Source of the DNA: a virus
Taxonomy: Duplodnaviria; Caudoviricetes
Virus record (IMG/VR): IMGVR_UViG_3300044723_007737
Coordinates: 1 to 24,333 of that record
Length of the DNA: 24,333 bases
Strand: one strand, 5' to 3'
The notes beneath the pieces are model-generated. The model ran no database searches. It worked only from the letters and a program-made list of their open reading frames with translations, and was not told where the DNA came from. Shown piece after piece: positions 1 through 8,037 of this stretch (positions within the stretch are counted from its first letter, which is position 1; each line of letters opens with the position of its first letter). A program made the translations under genes and the position numbers.

Positions 1-1166
1 AAAAATATACACAAGATGAAACCGGTGCCAGAACCTATACCGAAGCGCAAGGAAAGAATGTTACAGTTGAAAGATTGATGCCTACTCCGTATATGATGAC
101 ATGCAAGTGTGATATATGGACTTCGAACACTGATCAAAAATTACAATTACTTGAACAGATCATGGTTATGTTTAATCCATCATTTGAAATACAAACCAAT
201 GACAACTACATTGACTGGACCAGTCTTAGTGTTGTTAGACTAACAGGAATGAACTTTAGTTCAAGAAGCATACCTGCAGGTGCTGACAGCGAAATAGACA
301 TATGTTCAATAGATTTTGAAATACCAATTTATGTTTCTCCACCAGCCAAGGTTAAAAAATTAGGTGTAGTAAGAAGTATAATAGCAAACATATTCACAGA
401 AGATGGCGATGTTAAGGATTTATCAAGTCTAGTTTACAACCAATCAGATTCTAACGTAGTTTATGTTAATCCAAGGTATCCGGTTCTATTGTTCAAGGCA
501 AATAACGGAGTTGCTAATGATTACGAATTATCAATAGTGGATCAGAATGCAGCAATACAAAGCCTTGGACTTGACAAGAAAGAATTTACCGATGACAGAA
601 AATTAGATTGGAATGCAGTATTATCAGCACTGGGTAATTTTACTGAAGGAACTAGCACCATACACTTTAGACAGCCTAACGGTGAAGAAATAACAGGAAC
701 ATTTGCAGTCAATCCAGTGGATAATTTTATGATGTTGGTTAGCATAGATAAGGATTCACCGGGATATACTGAAAACACACTGCTTGAAAGTCCTCAATAT
801 CCTAACGGCAAAGGAACATTTGATGCAATCATAGATCCAACAACTTATAACCCTATCTCAAGGCTAAACGGAATTAACAATATACCAACAGGACATCGTT
901 TTCTTATACTTGAAGACATAGCCGATGATGCCGATGGGTGGAAAAACAAGGACGGAATTAATACAGCCGTAAAGGCAAACAGTGTTATTGAATGGAACGG
1001 AAGCAGTTGGGCCGTAATATTCGATCCAGCAGTAGTAGAAGATTTTACCTATCTCTCAAACATTACCACAGGAATACAATACAAGTGGGATGGAATACAA
1101 TGGCTTAAATCCTTTGAAGGAGAGTATGCACCAGGTTACTGGAGATTTGACCCAGAAGGCGCATAA
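1..1166 (+). CDS. gp15: T4 gp15-like tail sheath stabiliser/tail completion protein with C-terminal extension (5'-partial)
   Basis: The frame is open from base 3 (KYTQDETGARTYTEAQGKNVTVERLMPTPY...), so the track start at 75 is internal. The segment 'VERLMPTPY...DIWTSNTDQKLQLLEQI...FNP...' resembles gp15-family proteins of large T4-like phages, and the context is virion genes. Confidence 0.7.
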   Translation, partial: KYTQDETGARTYTEAQGKNVTVERLMPTPYMMTCKCDIWTSNTDQKLQLLEQIMVMFNPSFEIQTNDNYIDWTSLSVVRLTGMNFSSRSIPAGADSEIDICSIDFEIPIYVSPPAKVKKLGVVRSIIANIFTEDGDVKDLSSLVYNQSDSNVVYVNPRYPVLLFKANNGVANDYELSIVDQNAAIQSLGLDKKEFTDDRKLDWNAVLSALGNFTEGTSTIHFRQPNGEEITGTFAVNPVDNFMMLVSIDKDSPGYTENTLLESPQYPNGKGTFDAIIDPTTYNPISRLNGINNIPTGHRFLILEDIADDADGWKNKDGINTAVKANSVIEWNGSSWAVIFDPAVVEDFTYLSNITTGIQYKWDGIQWLKSFEGEYAPGYWRFDPEGA

Positions 1167-1169
1167 GTA
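1162..1169 (+). promoter_or_regulatory. T4 late-promoter-like box CATAAGTA, 5 nt before the ATG at 1175
   Basis: Variant of TATAAATA overlapping the upstream stop codon; no good Shine-Dalgarno before 1175. Confidence 0.5.
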
Positions 1170-1174
1170 TTCAT

Positions 1175-1561
1175 ATGCAAAAACGAGTAGGACTATTATA
1201 TCTATCACTTGATTCGCGAAGAATACTGCTCATTCTTGAGAATGAAAAATGGACAGTGCCAACGTTTGCACTACAAAAATCAGTAATGGAAGATAGCCGA
1301 GACTTGCAGGAAAAATTCTCCCAAGGTAAGATACTGCCCATAGAACTGTATCTATCCAAGGACAAAGGTTTTGAATACGGAACATACATTTGTCTAGTAA
1401 ATGATGAATTTATAACCAAAACAGTTCCTACGTTTTGCTGGTGTGATCTAAATTACCTACCCAAGAATGTGCATGTGGGACTCAGAAGCACATTAAATAA
1501 TAACCTTATTAGAACAAAAATAGAAACTGTATTGGAGTTAGAAGATGCTATCACTGTATAA
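1175..1561 (+). CDS. Nudix-fold-like protein lacking the Nudix box (probably non-catalytic)
   Basis: 128 aa. The segments 'GLLYLS..RRILLIL...W..P', 'KILPIELY.S.D.GFEY.TY.C.V.DEF' and 'W....LPK.VH.GL' follow the layout of phage Nudix hydrolases, but GX5EX7REUXEEXGU is absent. Confidence 0.5.
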   Translation: MQKRVGLLYLSLDSRRILLILENEKWTVPTFALQKSVMEDSRDLQEKFSQGKILPIELYLSKDKGFEYGTYICLVNDEFITKTVPTFCWCDLNYLPKNVHVGLRSTLNNNLIRTKIETVLELEDAITV

Positions 1562-1811
1562 TTCAGAACCATTTCAAAAAGAATATAATGATTTTAAAAA
1601 TAGAATTGATCAAATTACAGATCTAAGAGTAAAATCTGATTTAGAAAATTTGCTGTTTAGATTAGAACAAAAAGTAAAATCTATGGATTCGCAACACGTA
1701 GAAATGATAATATCAAAGCAAATGAAATCCTTAGGATCTGATTTTAAGGACGACATTATTGAGCTAAGAAGATCGATAGATAAAAAGTTGAAAGACTGGG
1801 ACTCTAAATAG
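1545..1811 (+). CDS. Hypothetical helical/coiled-coil protein (88 aa)
   Basis: GGAG upstream of the ATG; overlaps the previous gene; charged amphipathic sequence. Confidence 0.75.
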   Translation: MLSLYNSEPFQKEYNDFKNRIDQITDLRVKSDLENLLFRLEQKVKSMDSQHVEMIISKQMKSLGSDFKDDIIELRRSIDKKLKDWDSK

Positions 1812-3621
1812 CAGCGAACGATTTAATAGTAATACTTCCTACCATGGCTGCATGAAAACTACATTGATATCTGTATCCACCACTTATACCTTCAGGAACC
1901 TTCCAATACAAAACACCAGTAGTTTGTCCTTGAGCGGATGCACCTTCTAATACTGTTCCTGTATTAGACACATGAATAAGTCCTGTGTTATAATTTACGC
2001 CGGCACCAGTTTGAATTAGGAAAGGATGTCCTGGACATTCGCATTTGAATGCAATAGTCGTTCCACTTATAGCATAGATAGTTGGATTATTTCCTGTATA
2101 TTGATCAAAATTATAAGCAGTTACGCCTGTATTTGTTACAACAAGCATTGTAATTGCTGGTAGATAAATCCTATCAACAGTTAAACCTGCTGTGACAACT
2201 TGTCCTAGTCCATCAAATGCTCCTCCGGAAAACGTGTCATTGTTAGTAATTGTGATAGAATCAGAAGCAGCATTGGTGCTTATGCTTACTCCTGCACCTG
2301 CAACTAATGTAAGAGTGTCAGTGGCAGTATCAGCAGCAACGGTTGTTTGACTAGCAACTGCTATGTTACTAAATGCATTCTGGTTTGCTTCTCCGGCGCC
2401 TCCTTCAGCAGCATCCGCAGGAACCCAGTTGGAACCGTTCCATGCAAGGACTTGATCATTAGTTGGTGCTGATGTAGTTGTATCAACATCGCTAAGTGTA
2501 TCTATGCTAACAGCATTTAGATCTGTAAGATAAGTTCCGAAATCACTTATTTGGCTTTCTGTAATGCTTAGTGCCGCTTGATGTTGTGTAACATCTGCTT
2601 GAGTTACGGTATAATCTGTTATGTATGAACTTAAATCAGGAGGAGTAAAATTAAAAACTCCTGTTGCATTATTATAAGATACTGCACCGTTACCATCTGG
2701 TGAATTCTCAGGTCCAACACTTAAATTTGCTAGTGTAAGCACACTAGGTGTGTTACTAAAGTTGTTGTAATTTAAATAGTATGCACTGTCAAATCCATCT
2801 AATGTGTCAGCATCAAGTCCTGCACCGCCTTCAGCGACGTCAGCACCCGGAGCCCAATTTGTTCCGTTCCATTTTAAAACCTGTCCTGTAGTAGGTGCGC
2901 TACTAGCAGTATCAACATCACTTAAAAAGTTAATACTAAAACTTGAAACATTTATTGTAACAGAGTCATCACTAGAATTTACAGCAGTTGTAATATTTGT
3001 TCCGCCTAAAATTGATAGTGTATCAGTAGACTGATCTGGTGTTGCAGTTCCTGTATCTCCTGATATGTTATACCAACTGTTTGCGCCACTGCCCGAGGAA
3101 GCAAATGTAATAGTATCAGTTGCATCGTCAGTTGTAATGGTCATTCCTGATCCTGCAGCAAATGTAACTGTATCTGTGGTTGTATCGGCAGCAACAGTTG
3201 TTTGTCCTGCAACTGCTATATTGCTGAATGAATTTTGATTTACTTCACCACTGCCTCCGGCTTCATCGAGATTAGCAACGGCTACCCATGCTCCAGCATG
3301 TGCATAATATAGTCTTCCTTCGGAATGCACATGTGCTATCATCCCATGATACGTTGTAGGACTAACTTCGCTTTGTAAGTCTGCTAGTGTGTCCCAGTGT
3401 GATCTTATCTTATTTTTTTGTATTGACGGAAGATCAATACTTCCATCTCTTGCTGTAGTTGTTACTAAACTGCTACCGCCTGTTACTTGGCCGTTATATA
3501 GGCGTAATGTATTTGTTCCTGAGTCAAAGAAAATTTCACCAGATGAACCGCTTTTTCTATTAAGATAATCTTGTTCTCTTGGTATTATTCTGACTGCTGT
3601 GTATACTGGTATTTTGGACAT
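1804..3621 (-). CDS. Tail-fibre-like virion protein: Mtd-N-like N-terminus, internal fibre repeats, C-terminal cupredoxin-like domain
   Basis: 605 aa. N-terminal 'GEIFFDSGTNTLRLYNG..TGG'; repeated 'NQNxFSNIAVAxQTTVAADTxTDTxT' and 'LSDVDT..APT.xQVLxWNGxNWxP' modules; C-terminal 'GHPF...YRYQCSFHAAMVGSI'. Confidence 0.75.
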   Translation of the reverse strand: MSKIPVYTAVRIIPREQDYLNRKSGSSGEIFFDSGTNTLRLYNGQVTGGSSLVTTTARDGSIDLPSIQKNKIRSHWDTLADLQSEVSPTTYHGMIAHVHSEGRLYYAHAGAWVAVANLDEAGGSGEVNQNSFSNIAVAGQTTVAADTTTDTVTFAAGSGMTITTDDATDTITFASSGSGANSWYNISGDTGTATPDQSTDTLSILGGTNITTAVNSSDDSVTINVSSFSINFLSDVDTASSAPTTGQVLKWNGTNWAPGADVAEGGAGLDADTLDGFDSAYYLNYNNFSNTPSVLTLANLSVGPENSPDGNGAVSYNNATGVFNFTPPDLSSYITDYTVTQADVTQHQAALSITESQISDFGTYLTDLNAVSIDTLSDVDTTTSAPTNDQVLAWNGSNWVPADAAEGGAGEANQNAFSNIAVASQTTVAADTATDTLTLVAGAGVSISTNAASDSITITNNDTFSGGAFDGLGQVVTAGLTVDRIYLPAITMLVVTNTGVTAYNFDQYTGNNPTIYAISGTTIAFKCECPGHPFLIQTGAGVNYNTGLIHVSNTGTVLEGASAQGQTTGVLYWKVPEGISGGYRYQCSFHAAMVGSITIKSFAAI

Positions 3622-3625
3622 ACTG

Positions 3626-3642
3626 TATTTATCAGATAAGTA
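3626..3642. promoter_or_regulatory. Back-to-back late-promoter-like boxes GATAAATA (-, 3633-3626) and GATAAGTA (+, 3635-3642)
   Basis: tatttatc-a-gataagta sits in the 42-nt gap between divergent genes. The minus box is 4 nt from the ATG at 3621; the plus box precedes AGGAG and the ATG at 3664. Confidence 0.6.
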
Positions 3643-3663
3643 TTAATAGGAGTTTATAAAAAC

Positions 3664-3936
3664 ATGAATAATGTCATTAATATTTTTGTAGGTAATAGCA
3701 TGCATCCGGCGTTTGTTAGAGCCAACATTGCTTTAATAGAAGGAAATCGTGACTTGTTTTCTTCTGGCGATAGTAGTAGTGAACCTTACAATATGGAAAT
3801 GTTTAAACTTTTAGAAAATCTTTGGAATGAAAAATATAACGTTAAAATTTTAAAGGACAGTGATAATAAGTGGATATCTATAAAATTTGAAACAGAACAA
3901 TCAATGTCGCTATACAAACTTAAATGGAGTTGTTAA
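3664..3936 (+). CDS. Hypothetical protein (90 aa)
   Basis: AGGAG SD and promoter box upstream; ends in an 'I.FE.E..M..Y.LKW' motif of a kind seen in small proteins of large phages. Confidence 0.7.
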   Translation: MNNVINIFVGNSMHPAFVRANIALIEGNRDLFSSGDSSSEPYNMEMFKLLENLWNEKYNVKILKDSDNKWISIKFETEQSMSLYKLKWSC

Positions 3937-4256
3937 ATAAACTCTCTTAATTTTATGTTGTAATCTTTTAGCCGACTGACTAATTTTTCCTCGTCATAAA
4001 AAATTTCTATATTTTCAATAGAATTATTAACTGCCGGAACAATTATATACAAGTTTGCTCTAGGTGAAAATGCTGCAAATACGCCCAGTGTGCCAGGAGA
4101 TTGATAAATTTCCTCCCACAAAGTTATTTCTTCTATTGTTGGAGGATTATTAGATCTCCAAATAGGAGGAAGTTTATTAACTGCTGCTGGATTATAAGGT
4201 TTTATACATCCCCAAGGATATTGAATTATATCGTGTAAGGAAAGAACATTTATCAT
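3933..4256 (-). CDS. Hypothetical protein (107 aa), paralogue of 8038..8466
   Basis: Start moved from the track's 4277 to the ATG at 4256, which forms an ATGA overlap with the stop of the 54-aa ORF. Shares LPP..W...I....WE...S.G..G..A...P.A..Y with 8038..8466. Confidence 0.75.
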   Translation of the reverse strand: MINVLSLHDIIQYPWGCIKPYNPAAVNKLPPIWRSNNPPTIEEITLWEEIYQSPGTLGVFAAFSPRANLYIIVPAVNNSIENIEIFYDEEKLVSRLKDYNIKLREFI

Positions 4257-4417
4257 TTCCACTTTCCGATAGGACATTCGGAATCAGAAACAGTTACTTT
4301 TAATTTCATAAAACACCAACACTTTAGACAAGTGGTTGTTTTTTTTACAAAGTGTTCGCACTTCTTACAGTGATCGTATCTTTCTTGCGCTTTTTCCTTT
4401 GTAACAAACGATATCAT
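4253..4417 (-). CDS. Small Cys-rich protein (54 aa), DUF6171-like; not in the ORF track
   Basis: Translated by hand: MISFVTKEKAQERYDHCKKCEHFVKKTTTCLKCWCFMKLKVTVSDSECPIGKWK*. TAATG overlap with the upstream gene and ATGA overlap with the downstream gene. Confidence 0.85.
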   Translation of the reverse strand: MISFVTKEKAQERYDHCKKCEHFVKKTTTCLKCWCFMKLKVTVSDSECPIGKWK

Positions 4418-4932
4418 TATTCAACCTCATAACCAGGACCTGGATTAGCCATAGGCGTATCTTTTTGATAAACCCAATCTAATAATTCCTCATCCCAAGT
4501 ATATGGACCGATGCCAGGCATAAGTTTAGGTGCTGCCCACATTCTGTCCTCTGGAGACCACACCCAAGAAGGAAATTCTTTTTCTGGTTTTCCGGTTCTT
4601 AAGATTATATCATGTGTAAATTCTTCTGCATTTTTTTGTAACCAGCAGTGTATTGAATACTCTGAATCGGGTAGCGTTTCAAACTGTTCAGAAAATACCG
4701 GAGCACTTGACGTCGTATCTACCATTACATTATTTGGCGGATAAACAAAATTTTCTATCTGCTTTGGACCTAACATTACTGTGCATTCTAATTTTAATCC
4801 TTTTATGTTAGTAAGTTCTTTGCTAGAAATTATACTAAATTCCAAAATAGACTGAAAGTCATTCTCATAATCTGATATATTTTCTGTCCAAGTGTTAGAC
4901 TCAATATTATATATAATGCTAATATTTTTCAT
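4417..4932 (-). CDS. Hypothetical protein (171 aa) with Trp/Pro-rich C-terminal motif
   Basis: AGGA SD and TATAAATA upstream. The C-terminal 'PEKEFPSWVWS....W.AP..MP...Y.WDEE..DW' resembles small proteins that accompany fibre/Gly-rich genes in aquatic phages. Confidence 0.75.
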   Translation of the reverse strand: MKNISIIYNIESNTWTENISDYENDFQSILEFSIISSKELTNIKGLKLECTVMLGPKQIENFVYPPNNVMVDTTSSAPVFSEQFETLPDSEYSIHCWLQKNAEEFTHDIILRTGKPEKEFPSWVWSPEDRMWAAPKLMPGIGPYTWDEELLDWVYQKDTPMANPGPGYEVE

Positions 4933-4958
4933 TTCAAATCCTATAATCTAATTTCATA

Positions 4959-4966
4959 TATTTATA
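4959..4966 (-). promoter_or_regulatory. T4-type late promoter TATAAATA driving the 4932-3933 operon
   Basis: Perfect consensus (tatttata on +) in the divergent gap. Confidence 0.7.
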
Positions 4967-4983
4967 TGGAGCAGTAACAGTGC

Positions 4984-4991
4984 TATAAATA
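4984..4991 (+). promoter_or_regulatory. T4-type late promoter TATAAATA driving the oxygenase-halogenase operon
   Basis: Perfect consensus, followed by GGAG (5021-5024) and the ATG at 5030. Confidence 0.75.
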
Positions 4992-5029
4992 CAATGTAAA
5001 CTGCTAGTATTATTTATGTTGGAGATAGA

Positions 5030-5662
5030 ATGTCTGAATTAATAAATGGAATTTTTCCTGGGGAAATACTGCCTACTAAGACTGTAGGAGGGTGTATAGA
5101 CATCTTTGAAAGTATTTGGCCAGATCCTGAAAGAACAATAGAAACTATAGAAAATTTAAACAAAGACCCTAATTCGGGTATAGGATGGGAAGCAGCAACA
5201 ACATTAAATCTAGGAACTGATCAACAAGTGAGAACTAATTTGATGTTAGGGGTAACGAATCTTGCAGAAATAACCAATAACGGAGCATTGCAAAATATTC
5301 ATAATCAATTTTACATGTTGTTATTAGCCAGTTCTATACCGTATACAGACAGATATAGTCTAGGTGAACCTCTTTATCATGAAAATTATAATATGTTAAG
5401 ATATAGTGGTGGTCAGCAATATCATGCACATTACGATGGCAGCACTGTCACCGGTAGAGCCATATCTGCAATATGTTATCTTAACGAAGATTACACGGGA
5501 GGGGAGTTAGAATTTCCAAATTTTAATGTTAAGATTAAACCTAAGAAAGGTAGTTTACTTCTTTTTCCTTCTAATTATGCATACAGCCATGTAGCGCATC
5601 CTGTAACAGAAGGTCAAAAGTATGCGCTGGTGACTTGGATTAGAGATAGGTATATAGACTAA
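5030..5662 (+). CDS. 2OG-Fe(II) oxygenase, prolyl-4-hydroxylase-like
   Basis: HxD (HYD), 'YLNEDYTGGELEF', 'PKKGSLLLFPS', distal His (SHVAHPV), and 'G.KY.LVTW' with the 2OG-binding Lys. Confidence 0.92.
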   Translation: MSELINGIFPGEILPTKTVGGCIDIFESIWPDPERTIETIENLNKDPNSGIGWEAATTLNLGTDQQVRTNLMLGVTNLAEITNNGALQNIHNQFYMLLLASSIPYTDRYSLGEPLYHENYNMLRYSGGQQYHAHYDGSTVTGRAISAICYLNEDYTGGELEFPNFNVKIKPKKGSLLLFPSNYAYSHVAHPVTEGQKYALVTWIRDRYID

Positions 5663-5663
5663 T

Positions 5664-7124
5664 ATGAAAAAAAATTATTGCGTTCTAGGCGGTGGAACTG
5701 CTGGTTGGTTTACAGCATTGTTTATAAAAAAATTATTTCCTTTAGATGATGTTAAATTAATTCAGGGAGAATCGATAGGAACTATTGGTGTTGGAGAAGG
5801 AACTGTTCCTAACATAATCGATTTCTTGAATAAATTAGAAATTGATCCAATAGATGTGCTGAAAAAAACTAAAGGAAGTATAAAAAATGGCATATCCTTT
5901 GAAAATTGGAACGGAGATGGGGAGAAATATTTTCATGGGTTTAGCGATTTAGTTTCTAATTTTCATATCAAAAATATTTTTGATTCCGGATGCGAAGACT
6001 ATTATCTTAAACATTTAATGCAGAATAATTTAGATTTCAAAGAATATATCTATACTTCTAAATTATCATATGAAAAATTAGTTGATTTAGATAGACACAA
6101 GTATGCGTTACACTTTGATGCACAACTTTTATCTGAATATTTGCAAAATGTAGGATTGCAAAGAGGTATTGAAATTGTAACTGGAGATTTCAGTCATGTG
6201 GAAAAAACAGATACAGGTTATATTAAGAATATTAACTTGACTAATGGAATAAAGTTTGATGTTGATTTTATCTTTGACTGTTCTGGGTTTGCAAGATTGC
6301 TTATAGATAAAGTATTTAATGAAAGATGGATTTCATATTCAAAACACCTTCCTATGAAGAAAGGAATTCCTTTTTGGATTGACCAGGATAAAAAAATTGA
6401 TCCTTATACATCTGCAATAGCACTAGAGCACGGATGGATATGGAAAATACCGTTACAGCATAGAATAGGATCTGGTTATATTTTTGATAGTGATTATATT
6501 GACGAACAACAAGCCCTTGATGAGGCGCAAGATTATTTTAAAAGAGATCTAACTGTTAGAAAAGTAATACCATTTGAAGCAGGCAGATATCAAAACGTAT
6601 GGATAAAAAACTGTATGGCCGTTGGGTTAAGTGCAAGTTTTGTGGAACCTTTAGAAGCCACTTCTCTGTTTTTGACCATACAACAACTAGAAACTTTTAG
6701 ACATTTTGTAAATGAAACAAAAAATCCTAATCAAAAAAGTTTAGACTTGTTTAATGAAATTATAGGAAACAATATGGATGATACGTTAAGTTTTGTGTAT
6801 CTTCATTATATGACAAAAAGAAATACAAGCAAATTTTGGAAAAACTTTAAACACAATTATGCTATTCCTCCTAGACTGCAAACTATGTTAGACAATATTA
6901 AAGAAAATAACCTAAGGTTCTTCCAAACTAGTGATGTTAAGACCACAGGAAATTTTGCACTTTACAGTTATCTACAGGTAATAAATGGTATAGGCATTAA
7001 CCATGATAAAGTTAATCTGCGTGGATACGAAGAACTAATTCCAAAACCATCAGAATACAAGGAAACTATTGATAAATTATTAATGCATGCTGTTGACCAC
7101 ACCGAGTTTCTGGAAGGATTATGA
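5664..7124 (+). CDS. Flavin-dependent halogenase, tryptophan-halogenase (PrnA/VirX1-like) family
   Basis: GGGTAG FAD motif, IGVGEGT, putative catalytic Lys74 (GSIKNGISF), DCSGF, WxWxIP (WIWKIP), FVEPLEAT. Confidence 0.92.
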   Translation: MKKNYCVLGGGTAGWFTALFIKKLFPLDDVKLIQGESIGTIGVGEGTVPNIIDFLNKLEIDPIDVLKKTKGSIKNGISFENWNGDGEKYFHGFSDLVSNFHIKNIFDSGCEDYYLKHLMQNNLDFKEYIYTSKLSYEKLVDLDRHKYALHFDAQLLSEYLQNVGLQRGIEIVTGDFSHVEKTDTGYIKNINLTNGIKFDVDFIFDCSGFARLLIDKVFNERWISYSKHLPMKKGIPFWIDQDKKIDPYTSAIALEHGWIWKIPLQHRIGSGYIFDSDYIDEQQALDEAQDYFKRDLTVRKVIPFEAGRYQNVWIKNCMAVGLSASFVEPLEATSLFLTIQQLETFRHFVNETKNPNQKSLDLFNEIIGNNMDDTLSFVYLHYMTKRNTSKFWKNFKHNYAIPPRLQTMLDNIKENNLRFFQTSDVKTTGNFALYSYLQVINGIGINHDKVNLRGYEELIPKPSEYKETIDKLLMHAVDHTEFLEGL

Positions 7125-7339
7125 TGAATAATGTAATGATTTTAGATAATATCGTTGATGATAATGAATGCGACAATTTAATAAAAAGAACAGAATCACT
7201 AATGGGTAACGAAATGCCGCCGCCTTGGAATTATGTTTATTACGATTTTCCATACAACGATTCGGTTTCTGTAATAGGTGAAAATAAATCAAGGTATGTC
7301 ATTAGTGCATACGCAACACTAACAGAGGAGACATCATGA
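7121..7339 (+). pseudogene. Internally deleted 2OG-Fe(II) oxygenase remnant (72 aa, in frame)
   Basis: The N-terminus 'ILDNIVDDNECDNLIK' and C-terminus 'VSVIGENKSRYVISAY' match the two ends of P4H-like oxygenases. The HxD core is absent and the ORF has no His. ATGA overlaps are retained on both sides. Confidence 0.55.
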
Positions 7340-8034
7340 AAGAAATTATTTTTAGACCGGTATCGAAAGATGCTGAACTTTTAATTCCGCCGCCGAAGCC
7401 AGCAAAAGCATATATGCCAGAATGGATTAAGAAAGTTCCAATGTTTTCTACAGGCAAATTAGAAATAGACGAGAACGGTGATGGTAATGCAACTCTAAAA
7501 CAATGTCCTCCGTTCATTGATTCTCTTACCACAGGATACATGCAAGAAACTTGGGTTGATTTACATGTAAAAATTATGGAAGATGATTTTGAATATATCT
7601 ATCCTTCAGAGCCTAGAATTATTGACCATAGAAAAAAAGATAAAATGTTTTTTCCAACGCCTCCGAATTATTTCGATCAAGAATTTACTTGGAAACAGCC
7701 ATGGATACCACAACTTCCTGATGGATGGTCCATGATTTATACACAACCATGGAATAGTTTTGATCTACCATTTTTAAATCTAACCGCAATAGTTGATAAT
7801 GATAAATTTTATATGGAAAAAGTGACTAATCATCCTTTCTTTTTTAGAAAAGGATTTGAAGGAATAATACCTAAAGGAACTCCATACATGCATATGATTC
7901 CTATGAAGAGAGATGCTTGGGAAATGAAAACTGAACCATTCAATGAAAATTTATCAACTATGGTTGAAAAAATTAGACAATACTTTGTAGGCGGCTACAA
8001 GAAAATATATCATCAGAAGAAGAGTTTTAAATAA
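7336..8034 (+). CDS. Conserved phage protein, DUF6065-like (possible dUTPase-like beta fold)
   Basis: GAGGAG SD; 'PKPA...PEW.K', 'T.K.CPPF.D..T.GY', 'AIVDND' and 'IPKGTP...IP.KR..W'. Confidence 0.7.
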   Translation: MKEIIFRPVSKDAELLIPPPKPAKAYMPEWIKKVPMFSTGKLEIDENGDGNATLKQCPPFIDSLTTGYMQETWVDLHVKIMEDDFEYIYPSEPRIIDHRKKDKMFFPTPPNYFDQEFTWKQPWIPQLPDGWSMIYTQPWNSFDLPFLNLTAIVDNDKFYMEKVTNHPFFFRKGFEGIIPKGTPYMHMIPMKRDAWEMKTEPFNENLSTMVEKIRQYFVGGYKKIYHQKKSFK

Positions 8035-8037
8035 TAC

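Noticed and set aside
1804-2150. Calling the cupredoxin-like domain petE (plastocyanin AMG)
   Set aside because: It is fused to fibre repeats, lacks a signal peptide, and has C-x2-H-x2-M rather than plastocyanin's C-x2-H-x4-M.
4934-4957. 7-codon minus-strand ORF (MKLDYRI) just after TATAAATA
   Set aside because: Its ATG is only 1 nt from the box and so upstream of the expected +1; no SD; probably chance.
5030-8034. Bacterial pyrrolnitrin or other secondary-metabolite cluster
   Set aside because: No prnB/C/D, NRPS/PKS, transporter or reductase; the context and promoters are phage.
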